DNA of 64,000 bases from Azolla caroliniana (Eukaryota; Plantae; Polypodiophyta), in assembly GCA_043228905.1 (NCBI GenBank), contig JBHGNT010000004.1:6634001-6698000 (forward strand), written 5' to 3'. Positions 62,819-64,000 of this stretch are shown in pieces. A model generated the notes under the pieces. That model had not been told where the DNA came from. It did no database searches and saw only the letters and a list, made by a program, of their open reading frames with translations. Position 1 is the stretch's first letter. Every line of letters starts with the position of its first letter. Position numbers and translations under genes: made by a program.

Positions 62819-64000
62819 GCATATGATAGGTAGAGGAGACTAAGAAGTGTTGTAACTAAGTGGATTTTACATACAATTAATATAATTGTTTGATTTTAAG
62901 AGAGAGATTTTACCATCATCCTTGGAGATACCATGTGACCTACGAGGCTAACAAAATTTAATGTGGTATATAGTTTAAGAGATGTGCTATATTGTGTAAT
63001 GATTTGTAGAAGCCATAATTAATATGATAATGTCAACCCTCTAGTGGGGTTGTTATTTCGATAACCAAATAAGACATGTAGTTTAAGAGAAGTGATATAT
63101 GGTTTAACAAAGATGTAACCACACGTTGTTTAAGAGAAGTGATTCATAGTGTATGAAATATATGTGAAAATAAGATAGGCAACAAAGGGAAAAGGTTGGT
63201 TTTGTCTGGCTTATACAAATGGACAAGATATGAATAAAGTGTATATAGATTGATGTTGTACAAATATGTGACTCAAAACCAACACCATATAATACACCAT
63301 TGTTATGATTTCCATCTAACTATATCCATGCATAGTTTAAACAACCTCTGGATATCCTACCTAAACTTTGAACTAGTCCATCCTAGTTTCGAATCAAATC
63401 GAAAGCACTTATTGCTGATGGTAGAATGCTAACAAAGCCAACAATGGGGTAAATTTTAGCAAAGAACGTTTTTAGGGAATGGAAGCAAGATAATATGTAT
63501 ATGAATATTAACAAATATTGATTGGTCAAACATCATACCACTATGGTACTACAAAGCCATATAAAAAGCTAGTGCGAGTTTATGCTTTTATCCATGGGTA
63601 AATGAGGTGCATCTATAACCTACAATTTTCCTTATAAACTACCCCTATAATCTAACGTTTTCCTTTTTGGCTAGTCATCAAGCCATCTTAAGATTTTTGG
63701 TAGCTAGACAAAGTGCCATGTAACCAAACTTTCTCATTTGTCAATGGTCAAAAGAAACGTGTCAAGGAGAGATGAGCATAGTTTCATAAAGCATCAAATG
63801 AAAGGGATAATGTACTCCCTCTTAAAAAGATGATGCAAACTTCTATCCTAAAATGATATTGATTTTGAGACTCATTCAAATATAAACTACACTTATTAAA
63901 GTTATTATTGGTATTGTTATAATATAATGTGACATGTGATGTGTGTATATTTGGGCCCCAGCATTTTGTTGTAATTTATTTCTTCCATATTGTACAAATT

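Overview
Eukaryotic, gene-free window made almost entirely of transposable elements. The Ty3/gypsy types (Tcn1-like chromoviruses plus tRNA-Trp- and tRNA-Arg-primed non-chromoviruses) suggest a non-seed land plant, possibly a fern (inference). Positions ~1-50.7 kb are a nested stack of LTR retrotransposons. An old chromovirus (gag ~4.3 kb to integrase ~50.7 kb) appears split by two young full-length chromoviruses (5068-10711, TSD GACGT; 43031-48813, TSD ACCGA), two Ty1/copia elements, several Ty3 elements with TGTCRYG...CACGACA-type termini and 4-bp TSDs, solo LTRs and a ~185-bp satellite. The right end holds a full-length decayed L1-type LINE (51825-57965, 17-bp TSD), an LTR with a Met PBS, a Mutator-like MITE and a second LINE fragment. 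No host gene is supported. Main unexplained signal: four otherwise dissimilar LTR families carry tRNA-spaced Pol III A-box/B-box cassettes near the start of U3, antisense to the element. Also notable: CpG-centred 4-bp target sites, Tf1-like self-priming, heat-shock-element arrays and a conserved -1 frameshift hairpin/pseudoknot. Coordinates were counted by eye and may be off by a few bases.
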